A DNA stretch of 61,647 nucleotides, counting the filler, from Globobulimina sp. (Eukaryota): the NCBI GenBank assembly GCA_003354225.1. It is 17 parts of 17 records of this genome, joined end to end, with 100 filler letters (N's around TTAATTAATTAA, not from the genome) between each part and the next. Parts side by side here need not be neighbours in the genome. Positions count along the whole stretch, not along the records: positions 36,342 to 39,872 come from PIVH01002570.1; positions 39,973 to 43,502 come from PIVH01002571.1; positions 43,603 to 47,131 come from PIVH01002572.1; positions 47,232 to 50,760 come from PIVH01002573.1; 13 more parts are not named here. One strand, 5' to 3'. The stretch's first letter is position 1; every line of letters starts with the position of its first letter. Under the pieces are notes generated by a model. It saw only the letters and a program-made list of their open reading frames with translations. It was not told where the DNA came from and searched no databases. Position numbers and translations under genes: made by a program. Shown piece by piece: positions 38,040-50,860 of the stretch.

Positions 38040-39872
38040 ATGTCTCATTATGATAGACCTCATAGGAATTACAGGCCATACAATCCCTCGCGAGCCAGAG
38101 GCAAACTAAATATTTACGACAAACGAATATCCGCACAAAGACGAAACAAAATGTACAAACATCAAAAAAATTACTATTCACACAATTGTAATGACAATAA
38201 CAATTATTCAGGCGATGAAAACGAATCTGTTGATTCATTAAAAAAAATTGAAAAATTGCGATCCGAAATATCATCCATATTCATCCCGACCCAAAATAAA
38301 GACACTATCTATGGTTTAAATGGACATATCATGCATTTAACGGCCATCACACAAACCAAAAACTTCCATTTAACGCAATTCATTAAAACCATTACAAACC
38401 GTGACCGTCCAAACGTAATTCAACGGGCAAAACTATTAAAAGTCGAAATAATTAACAACAAAAACGACAACAACGGCAACCTATTAACACTAAAAATAAC
38501 TGTATCATCGCCACTGATTTTCAATAAACTGCTCTTAAATTCGCAGCACATTCTGACTATAAACAACATCTCCTACAAATACAAAATCAGCCCAATGTAT
38601 TCCATCAGCATCCAATCCAAACTGCAATCGCTCAAATTATGCATTAAACAGTTTTCGGCGTCGCAAGATTGCGCCATTTGGAGCTCTTACGATACCATTT
38701 CATATCACATAGAAAACAAAGCAGAGATCCCCGGCATTGAAGTGAATAACAAATTATTTCTATACATCGGCTCCGATGCCGGCACAGAATACAAAATCAC
38801 CGTCAATCCCTTAGATATTTATTACTGCCAATATAGGAACGATGGCAACGATGATAACTTCAACAAACAGTACTATTTAAAATTGCGTCTGTTTCGTCCG
38901 TGCACCATTCATAAACTACCAATAAAAAGTTATGACCATTCCTATGATTTAAAGCATTCCTTTCCTGCTGCACCAAACGGTAAGAAATGGACCAATCCCA
39001 AAGGCAAAATATTTCGACAATGCGGCAACGAACAGATTTATAACGATTCGCAGCTGTATCACAATGAAGCGATCTACCATCGACATGCGGAGTATTTCGA
39101 TGATTTTGGCAGCTCCCACAATGACGAAAATAGCTTGGAAATGTTGCCTAAAATCATGGGCAAAGCATTGATTTTATTCTTTACCTTCGATGCAAAATAT
39201 GCTGAACCCGTTGCATTGTTGAAATGGCTCCGCGAGGAACAAATCCACCGCTATAACTACCAATATTTTGTGCTGTCTCCGTCGTTGATCCCGCCGCCAA
39301 ACATTATGATCAAGAATGAGTATCGCGACAATTTGCTGAATCTGCGTGGCGGCGAATGTATTGATGAGATACTGATCGATTCTGTGGATTATCTCATCAA
39401 TGAAGCACGCATTGCTGACGAATATGTAATGCATGAACAAGAGCTAACGTCCGCTTTTTTGGACATTTTAACTGCGCCCAAATATAAGAACAGATTTGTT
39501 AAAGACGCGCATGAAAATCGCGACCAACTGCTCATAAGATATGCATTGCAGTATTATGCCTGTTATACGGTGAAGAATTTAAAAAACAAAATCGGAAATA
39601 TGTACCAGAGTCATTCCATTTTGTCGCATTTAATGCGCGATATCGACGGCAGGATATTCAATAAAAAGCGAGAATTGCTGGTCACGCAACCGTTTATAAA
39701 CCGCAATAGCATTGAAATTAAGCGCGTATTGGTGACACCGACGCGCGTCGTAATGTGCGCTGTGGAGTACTGGCCGTTGAGCAATATCTTCAAATGGATT
39801 GTAAATGAGAAGTACATGGACAAGTTGCTATTTATTTCCTTTGTCAATGAAGAGTTTGAGTCTATGCCGAGT
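38040..39872 (+). CDS. Cellular RNA-dependent RNA polymerase (RNAi RdRP)-like, N-terminal part, 3'-partial
   Basis: Final residues IKRVLVTPTRVV..SNIFK..LLFISFVNE match the start of the RdRP domain (V.VTPT..SNRV.R..FLRV.F.DE); the catalytic DxDGD lies outside the contig. Confidence 0.65.
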
Positions 39873-39972
39873 NNNNNNNNNNNNNNNNNNNNNNNNNNNN
39901 NNNNNNNNNNNNNNNNTTAATTAATTAANNNNNNNNNNNNNNNNNNNNNNNNNNNNNNNNNNNNNNNNNNNN

Positions 39973-41106
39973 CAGTTATCACAACAAAATTACGACGAAT
40001 TCAATGATGAAATAACAATTAAAGATGATATGAGCAAAAAAGATTATGTCTTCCAGCGATTTTCACATAAATTTATCACTGAAATATTTAACAAATTTTC
40101 ATTATTATCAATTGGTGATTCTATGCAATATTATTTTTTTAATTTCTTAGTGGCTCAATTAACAGCATATGATTTTTACATCAATCGCTCAACAAAAAAC
40201 ATTCCAAATTCATACGACCCAACAAAATATGTAAAGGCATTTGATGGTAAATTATCATTCAAAGGTAACTCATTCTGGAAAACGTATAATATAAAGAACA
40301 ATCAACAAAATGCCATATTGGGTCTAAGAGACACCAACAATTCGCTTCTTACAATGACAGAAGATCCATTTTTCAAAGTTGGAAATAATTATTTGTGGTG
40401 GCAAGATGTTAAAGCAGGCCATGAAGTGTATGACACAAAAAAAACTTTAAAAACGCAAAACATAAATGCTATATTCACAGATTTTGGTGCAATGCATATT
40501 TTGCATTTATTTCCATGGAGAGATTATGAAAACAGCGCAGTTAAAACAATAATTCATTTGGAAACTTATTTTGATAAATTGATAGAAGCAGCATTGTCGA
40601 ATTCAAATATAAAATGTGTCATTTTCAGGTCAGTTCATCCAATTTGTGATAAAGTATATAACGCCGCTTATCATCATGCCACAAATTTTTATAATTCAAT
40701 AGAAAATATATCGAAAAATGAATTGATGGACGAGAATAACACAAATTATAAACAATTCCGAGAGTGTTTAGAAAAGCATAATATTGATATAAACCAAATA
40801 TATGTGAATTATTCTTATAATAATACTAAATCTGAAGCATATGTGATGAAAGGAATTGATATTTGTAATCATAAATATTCGTTGACTCGTTTTGGACCGA
40901 AACAAATTAATCAAAGATTATCAAAATATGTTTCTAACAAACAACAAATGATGAATTCGGATAATAATACTTTAAAAGTGATATATTTCGATGCGTATAA
41001 ATTATTTGAAGACAGATGTCAATATTCAACCGATGCACGGCATTATATTCCATTAAAAGCTGTTGAAACATCTGCAATTTCAAACATTATCAACTTTTTT
41101 TGTTAA
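39973..41106 (+). CDS. SGNH/PC-esterase (TBL-like) O-acyltransferase or esterase, 5'-partial
   Basis: IGDS nucleophile motif, FGAMH, IFRS and DARHY (DxxH). Confidence 0.7.
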   Translation, partial: QLSQQNYDEFNDEITIKDDMSKKDYVFQRFSHKFITEIFNKFSLLSIGDSMQYYFFNFLVAQLTAYDFYINRSTKNIPNSYDPTKYVKAFDGKLSFKGNSFWKTYNIKNNQQNAILGLRDTNNSLLTMTEDPFFKVGNNYLWWQDVKAGHEVYDTKKTLKTQNINAIFTDFGAMHILHLFPWRDYENSAVKTIIHLETYFDKLIEAALSNSNIKCVIFRSVHPICDKVYNAAYHHATNFYNSIENISKNELMDENNTNYKQFRECLEKHNIDINQIYVNYSYNNTKSEAYVMKGIDICNHKYSLTRFGPKQINQRLSKYVSNKQQMMNSDNNTLKVIYFDAYKLFEDRCQYSTDARHYIPLKAVETSAISNIINFFC

Positions 41107-41260
41107 AAATGCTTCTTTCTGTCAATTCTTTAAATTGTTATCTTTATTCCATATTAAATGTTTTTTGTTGAATGAATCGCAGATTAAATAAAAATTCCAT
41201 CTACGTTTTTATTCTATCATTTTTTTAACCATAAAAACTCAAATAACACGTTTAAAGTCA

Positions 41261-42328
41261 ATGGATATTTATAAATGTATTGTGCTGCTACTTGTATTAT
41301 GTTCGGCTGCTTCTATGATGTATTTAGCAATATTACCCATTGAAAATGTAAGCAATGAGTCTATATTACCCATTGTGTTCAGTATAAAATCGGAAAGCAA
41401 ACAAACAAATGATTCCAAATCATCAGTCAACAAACCACAAATTAACAACATATGCACTATTAATTTATCAAATATTTTATTTGGCTCTCATCATAAAACA
41501 GGCACTGTATTGTTACTGTGGAAGATAAGAAAAAGCATTGAGGAGTATGTGAATAATAAATGTAATTATAAAATAAAGGCAGAGATCCAACGCAATCAAT
41601 ATTTAACAGCAACACAAATAAATTCATTCATATCAGATAGCTACAGGACAGCAAATAAAATAAAAATTGTTCATATAGTTCGAGCCCCATTAGACACCAT
41701 ATTGTCAGCATATAACTATCATTTAAATCCGCCAAGACACGAAAAAGTTTGGTTGGACACTCCATTGCAAACAATGTGGAATGTATCACACAGAATACTC
41801 AAAGTACAGCCTTTTAATCCCAAGCAATTAATATTTCATTGCCAAGCATCTCTCTTTCTGTCATTGGATAATATTAATGTCACGAACAGCACATCAATGT
41901 ATAAATTATATATTGCTAGCAACGCCTCACTCGCTTTACATTTGGAATATAACAGGTATTTATACTGTGAATATGCAAACATTTATCAAAGTTATCACAT
42001 GTTAATTAATAAAATTAATGCTAAAAATATTAAAATCGAAGATTTTATGCGTGGATGGCAGACATATGCATATAATTTGAATGTGCTGCTTCATTTTATT
42101 GGCATTACGAATGAATTGGATACAAAGGCAATAATACAAATGAACAAAAAAAAATATGATCGACATGCAAACGCAGCGAAAAGCAGTGCGCATGTTACCA
42201 TTGGCAAATATGATAAAGAAAAACAAATTCATTTTCTATTATCCTCTCTGAGCTTAAAGCAGTGTCATCACTTGAAAAATATCACATATTTGTTCCATTA
42301 TAAGTGGCAAAGTTCAGCTTATTGCTGA
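41261..42328 (+). CDS. Type II membrane sulfotransferase-like protein
   Basis: N-terminal signal anchor; HHKTGT (5'-PSB loop) and VRAPLDTILSAYNYH (3'-PB motif). Confidence 0.8.
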   Translation: MDIYKCIVLLLVLCSAASMMYLAILPIENVSNESILPIVFSIKSESKQTNDSKSSVNKPQINNICTINLSNILFGSHHKTGTVLLLWKIRKSIEEYVNNKCNYKIKAEIQRNQYLTATQINSFISDSYRTANKIKIVHIVRAPLDTILSAYNYHLNPPRHEKVWLDTPLQTMWNVSHRILKVQPFNPKQLIFHCQASLFLSLDNINVTNSTSMYKLYIASNASLALHLEYNRYLYCEYANIYQSYHMLINKINAKNIKIEDFMRGWQTYAYNLNVLLHFIGITNELDTKAIIQMNKKKYDRHANAAKSSAHVTIGKYDKEKQIHFLLSSLSLKQCHHLKNITYLFHYKWQSSAYC

Positions 42329-42393
42329 GCTGATAATTTTTAATTATTTTCAAACAACTCTTAAAGTGTCGGTAAAATAAAGTTTTATTCTCT

Positions 42394-43080
42394 TTGGTCA
42401 CTCGTAAAAACCGCAACCTGTTTTCGATGGCCGATGAACATTTTAACAAAGTTGGTAAGGATATCTCAACAACAAACAACAGCAAAACAATCATACATCA
42501 AAAAACGCAGTGGAACACAGGATATGGAACATTGGAAATAACAGCCAAAACATGCACAATTATGTGTGGCAATGAGATTTGACAGTAAATACAGTGGAAA
42601 TGTCTCGTTTAGACTTGACATGACATCTCAACTTGTATCGATCGTTAATTTTGGAAACACAAAACATGCACATTTTTTATATTGACAATGGTTTGAAATA
42701 TTCATTACAAACAGATAAAAAATGGATGAATGTAATAAATAAATACAAACAAATATATAAAATGACAGTATCACTCTGTTATGGTACGTGCTTCTGCGGA
42801 AATACTATCCTTTAAAAAAACTACAGTAACAATGAATGATAATGGCATTAAAGAAAAAGAAAATGATAAATTGGAACTGAAAACAAAGAAATTGTTTCAT
42901 TGAAACAAGAACTAAATAAATTGAAAGAGGAACATGTGAGATTTTGAAGCAGCAATCAAAGAAAATGAAACAAAATTATTAAAACAAAACAATGATTTTT
43001 TGAGAAATCAAAGTAAGCTCACTCTGCAACATCAAACATTGAAGGATAAAAATCATGAATTAATAAATGATAAAAATATA
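42394..43080 (+). pseudogene. Fragmented SPRY-like/coiled-coil gene remnant
   Basis: EHFNKVG..NSKTI..WNTGYG resembles a SPRY-family start, then stops and frame changes; broken coiled-coil-like pieces follow. Confidence 0.4.
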
Positions 43081-43790
43081 TAAGTCATATGCTTTGAGTG
43101 AAAAAGTTCTGTACATATTGTGTTTCTGTTGATAATATCCATAGAAATCCGATCACCAAAAACATGTATTAAATCTGTGGACGATTATCCATCGGAAAAA
43201 CTCGTTGATCGCTAGGATTTCTCTGCTAACACACAAAAAATGAAAAAATAACATTATAAATATTGCAGATTTAGTCTTAAGAAAAATTCGGCATTTTGTG
43301 ATTTGCTGATATTGCTAGATTTATATACAAATACAAATTTGGTTTCAAACCGTCTTTTTGTTCGCTGATATTAATTCAATTGAAGAGCCTTTGGAATAAA
43401 AAGTGACTGCTGCTCTGTATTTGCTTTTTTTTATATTAAATGCCTTTCCATAATCTTTATTATTGATATTAAATGATAATAATAACGCATCCAAATCAAT
43501 ATNNNNNNNNNNNNNNNNNNNNNNNNNNNNNNNNNNNNNNNNNNNNTTAATTAATTAANNNNNNNNNNNNNNNNNNNNNNNNNNNNNNNNNNNNNNNNNN
43601 NNCCCTGGGAGGCGAACAGGAAACCAAAGGATCGGCTAGCACAGACGCGCTTCTAGCTGGGTGCCAGAAAGAAGAAGAGGAACTCATAGTTCGGGGAATA
43701 CGAGTTCTAGTTGTGAGACCCCATTTGGGCATGCAAACTAAGGGACTACTGCCACACATCATATTGTATGTGTTTCTATTTTCTATATAG

Positions 43791-44384
43791 AAATTCGAGG
43801 CGTCGGAGGAGTTTAAGAGTCATGAACCAGGGGATAATGTGCGCAAAAAGGCGCCAGTTTCGCTTGATACGGAGATCTCGATCGCAGATCCAATAGATTT
43901 ATATCCATTTATTGAGAAACATAAGCGATTTTTACAGAAACATAAACGTTTGGATATTTATAGTGGCACACAAACACAAGTTCGTATATTAACGGGACCG
44001 TTTGAGTTAAGACGTAAATATCATCAAGAAACATGGCTATATTGCTTGAAGGGGGATTGTCGGATATCATTTGATTATCCATGCACCAGAGACACGCAAT
44101 TATTATCGGATGGGGACTGTTTGATCATTAATAAAGGTGAACAGTATAAAGTGACCATTGCTTCCGCAAATACTTTGGTTATGAGTGTTTGTATGGATAT
44201 TGCTACGCCGATACCGGACGCAAAGGCACCACCGAAAAAGTATGATCATGAAAAAAAGCATAACACGCCATGGGAAAATATGAAAGCAGAGGATCCAAAG
44301 TTTTATCAAAGGGAATTGGCGAGAGGCAAAAATGAAAATGAATTGCAAAATATTGACTGTGATGTCACTTTGGATAAGATATAA
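43791..44384 (+). CDS. HAAO: 3-hydroxyanthranilate 3,4-dioxygenase, last exon (C-terminal second cupin domain)
   Basis: After AG acceptor: KFEASEEFKSHEP..PIDLYPFIEKH..TQVRIL..ETWLYCLKG, paralleling two-domain HAAO (EFFSSEQYRTGKP..PMSL..WL..H..TQV..WLWQLEG). Confidence 0.7.
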   Translation, partial: KFEASEEFKSHEPGDNVRKKAPVSLDTEISIADPIDLYPFIEKHKRFLQKHKRLDIYSGTQTQVRILTGPFELRRKYHQETWLYCLKGDCRISFDYPCTRDTQLLSDGDCLIINKGEQYKVTIASANTLVMSVCMDIATPIPDAKAPPKKYDHEKKHNTPWENMKAEDPKFYQRELARGKNENELQNIDCDVTLDKI

Positions 44385-44539
44385 TATATTATTTCTTGCT
44401 AATTTTAATATAGTTAATTAATTCACAAGTACTAGTATTAATATTCAGTTGTTTTAAATCAGAAGGAATTAATTCATTGTAGAAATTGCAAGATTTAAAT
44501 TACAAAACATCATAAAAATCACTGTAGAAATAGCCAAGA

Positions 44540-46948
44540 TTAAATTGCGTATTTCTTTCTGTATAATGGTCTTTTAAATGAAGCGGATACTTTATGCCAC
44601 GGTGCATGCACAATCAATAAAGTATTGTCCTCAATAAATTCCGCGTAAATCATCGGATCATATTTCCTTATCACCCGTAAAAACGATAATTTATTTTTTT
44701 TATTACGAGTTCCGCCACTTTGCGGCTTACCAAATGGCGATGGTATCAATTGCGCGATTTGCTTATTCTTACCATTCTCCATCATATCAAAGGTTCGCTT
44801 GGCCCCAACTGCCGGGAAATAAGTACTGGGCAACTTGCGGTTCACCACCAATGAAAACATATATTCCGGTCGCAATAATAACGCCTTATTCATTGTAAAC
44901 GGGTTAAATAATATATTTGTAAACGAAAACGGATTATTTTTGTTATAAATATTCCACGTTTTATTATTCATTCCGCACCACGCATGCAAACGGATATTAT
45001 TCCTCAATTTAAATAACTTGCTTGCGTCCTCACAATAATCGTAATAAAACATTTTGATGCGATTATTGGCATAGATGACATACAACATTTCAACTTGTTT
45101 GCTGTCAACCACATTTCTCTGAAACTTAATACACGAAATATTGGCACTATTGATACCAAATGGAACTTGATAGAATAGGTCACCAAACGCAGTGTGTATA
45201 ACAGCGCCATATCTCAAGGATGGAACAATAATGGAACATAATGAGGCGTCTGCATTTAGGGATAAACCCGAAATCATATAAGTGCCAATATGTTTGCTGA
45301 TATTTATTTCTTTCTCAATTGTAAGTTTCTCCTCATTCAACACATTAATTACAATAATATTGGCTTCTTTGTCGCAATAATCGTCCAAATATTTACCAAT
45401 GTCATCCCCGTCTTGTTTTTCGTCCGTTTTTGCATTGTTGGGGTTATTAATGGGTGTGATGAATAAATATTTATTGTCGTTTGAGAAATTGATGGTGGTA
45501 CAGCCACGATTTACGGTTTCGAACATTTTAATCAATACAATACTTTTCTTGCTTTTGCTGAGTGATATTTTCCATAATTTAATGCAATGATTGTTTGAGA
45601 TGGCGACCCATTTCCCATTGGATGAGATGTTTGAACATAAAATGTTGAATGTATTGTTAAAACCGACATTTATATCCATCAATTTGATTGGATTTGTGCC
45701 ATAAATATACCATAGTTGCAACTGTCGCGCCTGTTGATATAAAAATAATTTGTCGCTCAATTTCGATGTATTTGCTGCAGGAATCGCCGGTAAGATGTTG
45801 TCAATCAATGTCATGTCTAATTTATTTGCTATTTTTAAAATATTTGAGGATGTATTATTGATCGATAACGGCGAACAAATGTAATGTGTCCAAAAATCTC
45901 TGGTTCTGCATAAAACCAATTGGGTGTCAATGCCACCAGATATCGCATAATTATTTGTGGCGGCTACAACATTTACATCGTGGCTATGATAGCGATGATA
46001 ACCAGTTATGACAAACTTATCTTTTTTGCAGGTTAACTGCAACACTCTGCCATCGCAACATCCTGCGATCAATATATGCTGTTTTTGTGCGTCATTATAG
46101 ACATATTTCATTGAAAAAATATCATTTTTCGCGGCATTTACGCGTTGTATTAGTGTCCCAAATTTCACATCAAAAATGTCGATACTTCCACGAGATGTGC
46201 TGCACGCAATAAACTCGTCAGATATGCTGCATAATGACCAGATTAATGGTTTTATGATGACGGCGTCTCGTCGGACTTTGCCGACCGGAGGGGGCGCCAC
46301 TATGATATTTAATGTTTCTTGATTGGAAACTGTATCAAACGCAAATATTAATCCATTTGATGTGCCACCAAAAACTGTGCTTGAGTTTGTTTTCGAGGAC
46401 CAAATAGTGCTTAAACAGCGACCCGCGGTGACAAATTGGTGCGAAAATGCAAATTCTGAGTCTGCGTTTAATGTATAAATTCGCAGTCTGCCGTCATCGC
46501 AGGCGGTGGATATTTGTAATTTGTTGGTATTTGATGATTGTGCAATGTCCCAAATGGCATATCCATTGCTTGAGATTTTTGATTTTATGCATAACGTTTC
46601 TAAGTTCCATTCGATTAACCAACCGTCCAAACCTCAACTTATTAATCTTAAATTGGTGTTGTTGTTATGGTTGGTTTTGTTTTTTTTGTTTTGCTGCTTA
46701 TCATAGACCCATAATAATGATTGTATAGTGTTTGGGCCTTTGCCCGGTATAATTCTTTGGATAAAGGATCCATTTAAGTCCCAGATCTCAATATTACCAT
46801 TTTCACGACCAATGGCACAGTGTTTATTATCAAAATGTAAGTCTGCTGCACAAATGGTTGATGGTTTATAATCTATAAACCGACACACGTGAACTTCTAC
46901 ATCATTGCGCGATTTCTTGTTCTTTACAGAGACAGAGGTAGCAGACAT
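44540..46948 (-). CDS. UTP4: U3 snoRNP WD40 protein UTP4/CIRH1A with one in-frame TGA at 46634-46636
   Basis: VHVCRFIDYKPSTI, AIGRENGNIEIW, RLIS*GLDG..EW, HSHDV, SGGIDT, PW..V..F.RPLYRKKY; the two track ORFs are in one frame. Confidence 0.88.
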
Positions 46949-47231
46949 TATTCAAATAAAAGAGTTAGGTGTTCAATTTGAAAAACCGTTGAAACTGTGA
47001 AACAACATTTATTAGCCTTCAAAACGAATCCATGAAACACTTTTTTTTAATAAGTTTGTTATCAACTACTTCTGCACTGCCTGATGAGTCTGAGTTTAAT
47101 GGAAATTGTCAATATCGAGCCACAGCTGGTCNNNNNNNNNNNNNNNNNNNNNNNNNNNNNNNNNNNNNNNNNNNNTTAATTAATTAANNNNNNNNNNNNN
47201 NNNNNNNNNNNNNNNNNNNNNNNNNNNNNNN

Positions 47232-50200
47232 GCTAAAAATTGTATCCTGAAATCTGTATATCTAATTTGTGAAAAATGAGCTGGCATTTTATATTTTTTT
47301 TTCATATAAAATTCGGTGGGCACTTTGTTATCATTTTCATCACAAACTAAAAATCTTTCAGCTGACAAGGACTTCAATATTGTAATGTCATCATCAGTGT
47401 AATTTTTATCTCCTCTCTCTTCTCGGACATATTTAATAATATTACTAAAAAATGTGTATCCAAATAGTGGATTTTCAATTACGTTGCACAGTATCTGCGC
47501 AATTAAATTTTCAGCAGTCCAATTTTTATTAAATGACACCGTCATATTCCCACTATTTGTGGTTGGCTTATTTGGTGCAATAATATATAATTTAAACATT
47601 GCTAATTCTTCAATGCGATTATTATTCTGGCTATTATTACATAGCCAGAATAATTTTTTATTGGAATTTGCTGCAATTCTTTCATCATAAAATATCATCT
47701 CATCAAAATGGCAAACATTATAGGTTTGAATCTCAAATTTAAGCATACAAACTTCGTTCCATTCATCTCTTCCATTCATTGAGTGACTCGATAATAACTC
47801 CTCTAATTTTATATTCCATTTCCCGCGACCTTGACTCCCAAAATCCCATTTATTATAAGAAAAGGAATGCTGTGGTAGCCATATCTCGATATGGAACGGA
47901 TTTATATTATAATATGTGCCCAATTTACGTCGAATCATACCGTACGTTGACCTCTTTTCTACAAACCATTTATGTTCCGATTTAATAATTTTATCACGAA
48001 TTTCTTTATCAATCATATCAATGTTATGCTTATTTTTATATTGTAATATTAATGCTTTGCTCCATGTTTTCCATCCGGCGTTATCTCGCACTTTCAATTC
48101 AATGCATGTCATATCTAATTGTGATTGAATGAATGGCGCCAAATAAGCATACCAATACACGCCACGTTGTTCAAATCCGTTTTTAATAAGACTTAGACTC
48201 AAAGATAATGATTTTTTGCCACCATTCTCATTCTCATTCTCATCCATTATTTCTTTGATATATATATTCTGAGTGTCTGAATATTCAATGAGTATTCTTT
48301 GATTATATATATTATCAATGCTCTGAGTGTCTGGTTTAAGTGTATTAAAATATGGATGGAATGGATTCAATTGAAATACAAATATATCGCCATTAAAATA
48401 GTCACTCGATACTTTCTCGTAAGCCTCTAATAAATCATTTACTTTACACACAGAATCATCGCGTGATCCTTTGTTCTTTAATACACATTCTTCCTCAAAT
48501 AATAAAAACTTATCATTTGACTTACAATCATTACCTAATAACTCATATTCATTTATCTTCTTATTGTAATCATACAAAGTTTGAAAATATGATCGTTTAT
48601 CTTTTGTGTTTGGTACTAATGTATCTTCGACATAGCTTATAATATCACCAAAAGTAACAGACATTGTTTTAATTAATAACCAATCGACAAAATATAATTT
48701 TTGCGTTAAAAAATCAAAATATTTCAAAGCGATTAATATAGTTTTAGCTTTTCCACAATCCACACTCTTACTTTCTAACGTATTTACTTTCGATTTATCC
48801 AACAAAACAAACATTCTTTTTTTCTCCATAATATTCCCAATTCGGTCATGAATACCTTTCGGGTGTTTCTGCACCGGATTTGTTTTGATTTTATGTCTCT
48901 TTATATCATCCGCAGAATATTTCTCATCCTCGAATTTATATTCTCCATTTAAATCTAATTTGATTTCCCTATTCGTGCGGGACGTTTTATTCTTCCTTTC
49001 CGTGTAATTCCAAACCATCAAATTGTTTAATGGAATATTCGTTTTTTCCACCCATTTATTATATATTTGCTTAAACGTAGCATCTTTATATGTTCTTTGT
49101 TCCTGTAACAATTGTTTTGTTCCCATATCTAATGCATTAACATACATTGTATCCACTTTGCAGCCATGGCCACAAATATCATTTCCCATAAAATTATGAC
49201 CATTGGCCATATACATTAGACATTTTTTATCATTTTCTCTTACATCATCTAAGGTAAAATAACAATGGACACTATTGCAATTCGGTGGTATTAATTGATT
49301 CCAATATACAAATGTATCAAAATCAATGTGATTTGGAGCAATCTTATATTGATACACAGCATAAATATCACTGATATACTTTCTAATTAAGCCAAATGTT
49401 GCCTTTTTTTCAATCATTAAATAAAATGTATTCAATGCATGTTTTGAATAAACCTCTAATTTTCTTAATTTGTTTTTACTGTCAATATACTTTAATGAAT
49501 GATGAAACCAACAGTTTCCATTATGTTGATGTTGATGTTTAATATTTAAATACAAAATATTATTAACGATAATTTGCGGCTGTATTTGAAATCTAATATG
49601 TGATAAGAATTCAATATTTAATGTACTCAATGTTTCATTTTTCATATTTTTTTTATTCAATTTTAACTCATGATCATCAGCAAGGTTATAAGTCTTATAA
49701 ATTAATAATTTATCAATAAAATGCATACAATTTACATTTGTGAATTCGTATTTAGAATAATTAGAACAATTATTATTTTTTAATATCATCATTGAGACAA
49801 TATATTCAACAAATTGTTGAATAGAAACTGTTTTATTTAATAACAACCACTTTCCATACAATTTTTGTTGAAAAATATCAAAATATTGAATAAATAATAA
49901 TAAATCATCACTATCATTGGTATCAGTATTTAATGTTTCATTTATACTCTCACAAATCATATATGTATTGTTCGCATTTGAATGTCTTTTTATTGTGTTG
50001 TTATTGTTTAACATTAATTTCGTTGAATTAACAGTTGGAATGGATCCATGCCATATCGTTTTTATGTCCGTTGCCATTTCATAAATTGCACAATGACTTA
50101 AATCAAATTCATTTACCAATCTCTCAAATATAGTCTTTGTTTTCATTCCATATGGAACTCTTAAATGAATAGAAGTTTCTGGTTTTTCTAATACATATCC

Positions 50201-50410
50201 TTTTTTATGAGTATCAAACTCATATTTATATCGTAATTCATGTATATTAATAATATAAAAATCGCATTTTTTCATTTCTGCCAATCCGATCACAGAAAAT
50301 GATTTGGAAACATTTTTAAATGATGTTGCTATTTCTTCCAACGACAAAAAAGTGGTGATGTAACACAAAATGTAACGGTCAATATGAATAGCCTTTACTT
50401 TCTCAGACAT
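47232..50410 (-). CDS. Large protein with F-box-like N-terminus and USP7 C-terminal UBL-like modules, 3'-partial
   Basis: IDRYILCYITTFLSLEEI..VSKSF (F-box-like); VWNYTERKNKTSR, LKYFDFLTQKL, LLFEE, NGDIFVFQ, TYGMIRRKL..INPFHI (USP7 UBL-like). Confidence 0.6.
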
Positions 50411-50528
50411 GATACCAAGTAAACTGTGTAAGAGTGTAATTTAAAGTTTCTTTCCAAAAACATTAATTATAATTAGCAAACACTGCATATACTGTTGATC
50501 ATTGAAGTTATTGTCCAGCGCCAGTAAT

Positions 50529-50760
50529 ATGGGAAACCAGTCATCCAAATCAAAATCATTAAAAAATACCAAACAACCATCCAAATCAAATCCTCTTTGC
50601 TTCTGCACAGCAGCATTGCAACAATCATTGACAGAATCTGATCATCGATTTAGTGAATGGAAATGCAGAAATTGTTTCAATTTGTATGATAAAAATACAT
50701 TAATTTATCATTGTGGACGCTATAACAAATGTCAGTATCATCAAATCACCGGTGCAAATT
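50529..50760 (+). CDS. Probably N-myristoylated zinc-finger protein, 3'-partial
   Basis: MGNQSSKSK; CFC..WKCRNC..IYHC..CQYH. Confidence 0.55.
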
Positions 50761-50860
50761 NNNNNNNNNNNNNNNNNNNNNNNNNNNNNNNNNNNNNNNN
50801 NNNNTTAATTAATTAANNNNNNNNNNNNNNNNNNNNNNNNNNNNNNNNNNNNNNNNNNNN

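Noticed and set aside
47081..47131. CTGATGAG..GAAA..GTC as a hammerhead ribozyme
   Set aside because: Stem II lacks the closing G-C pair and complementarity; stems I and III not found
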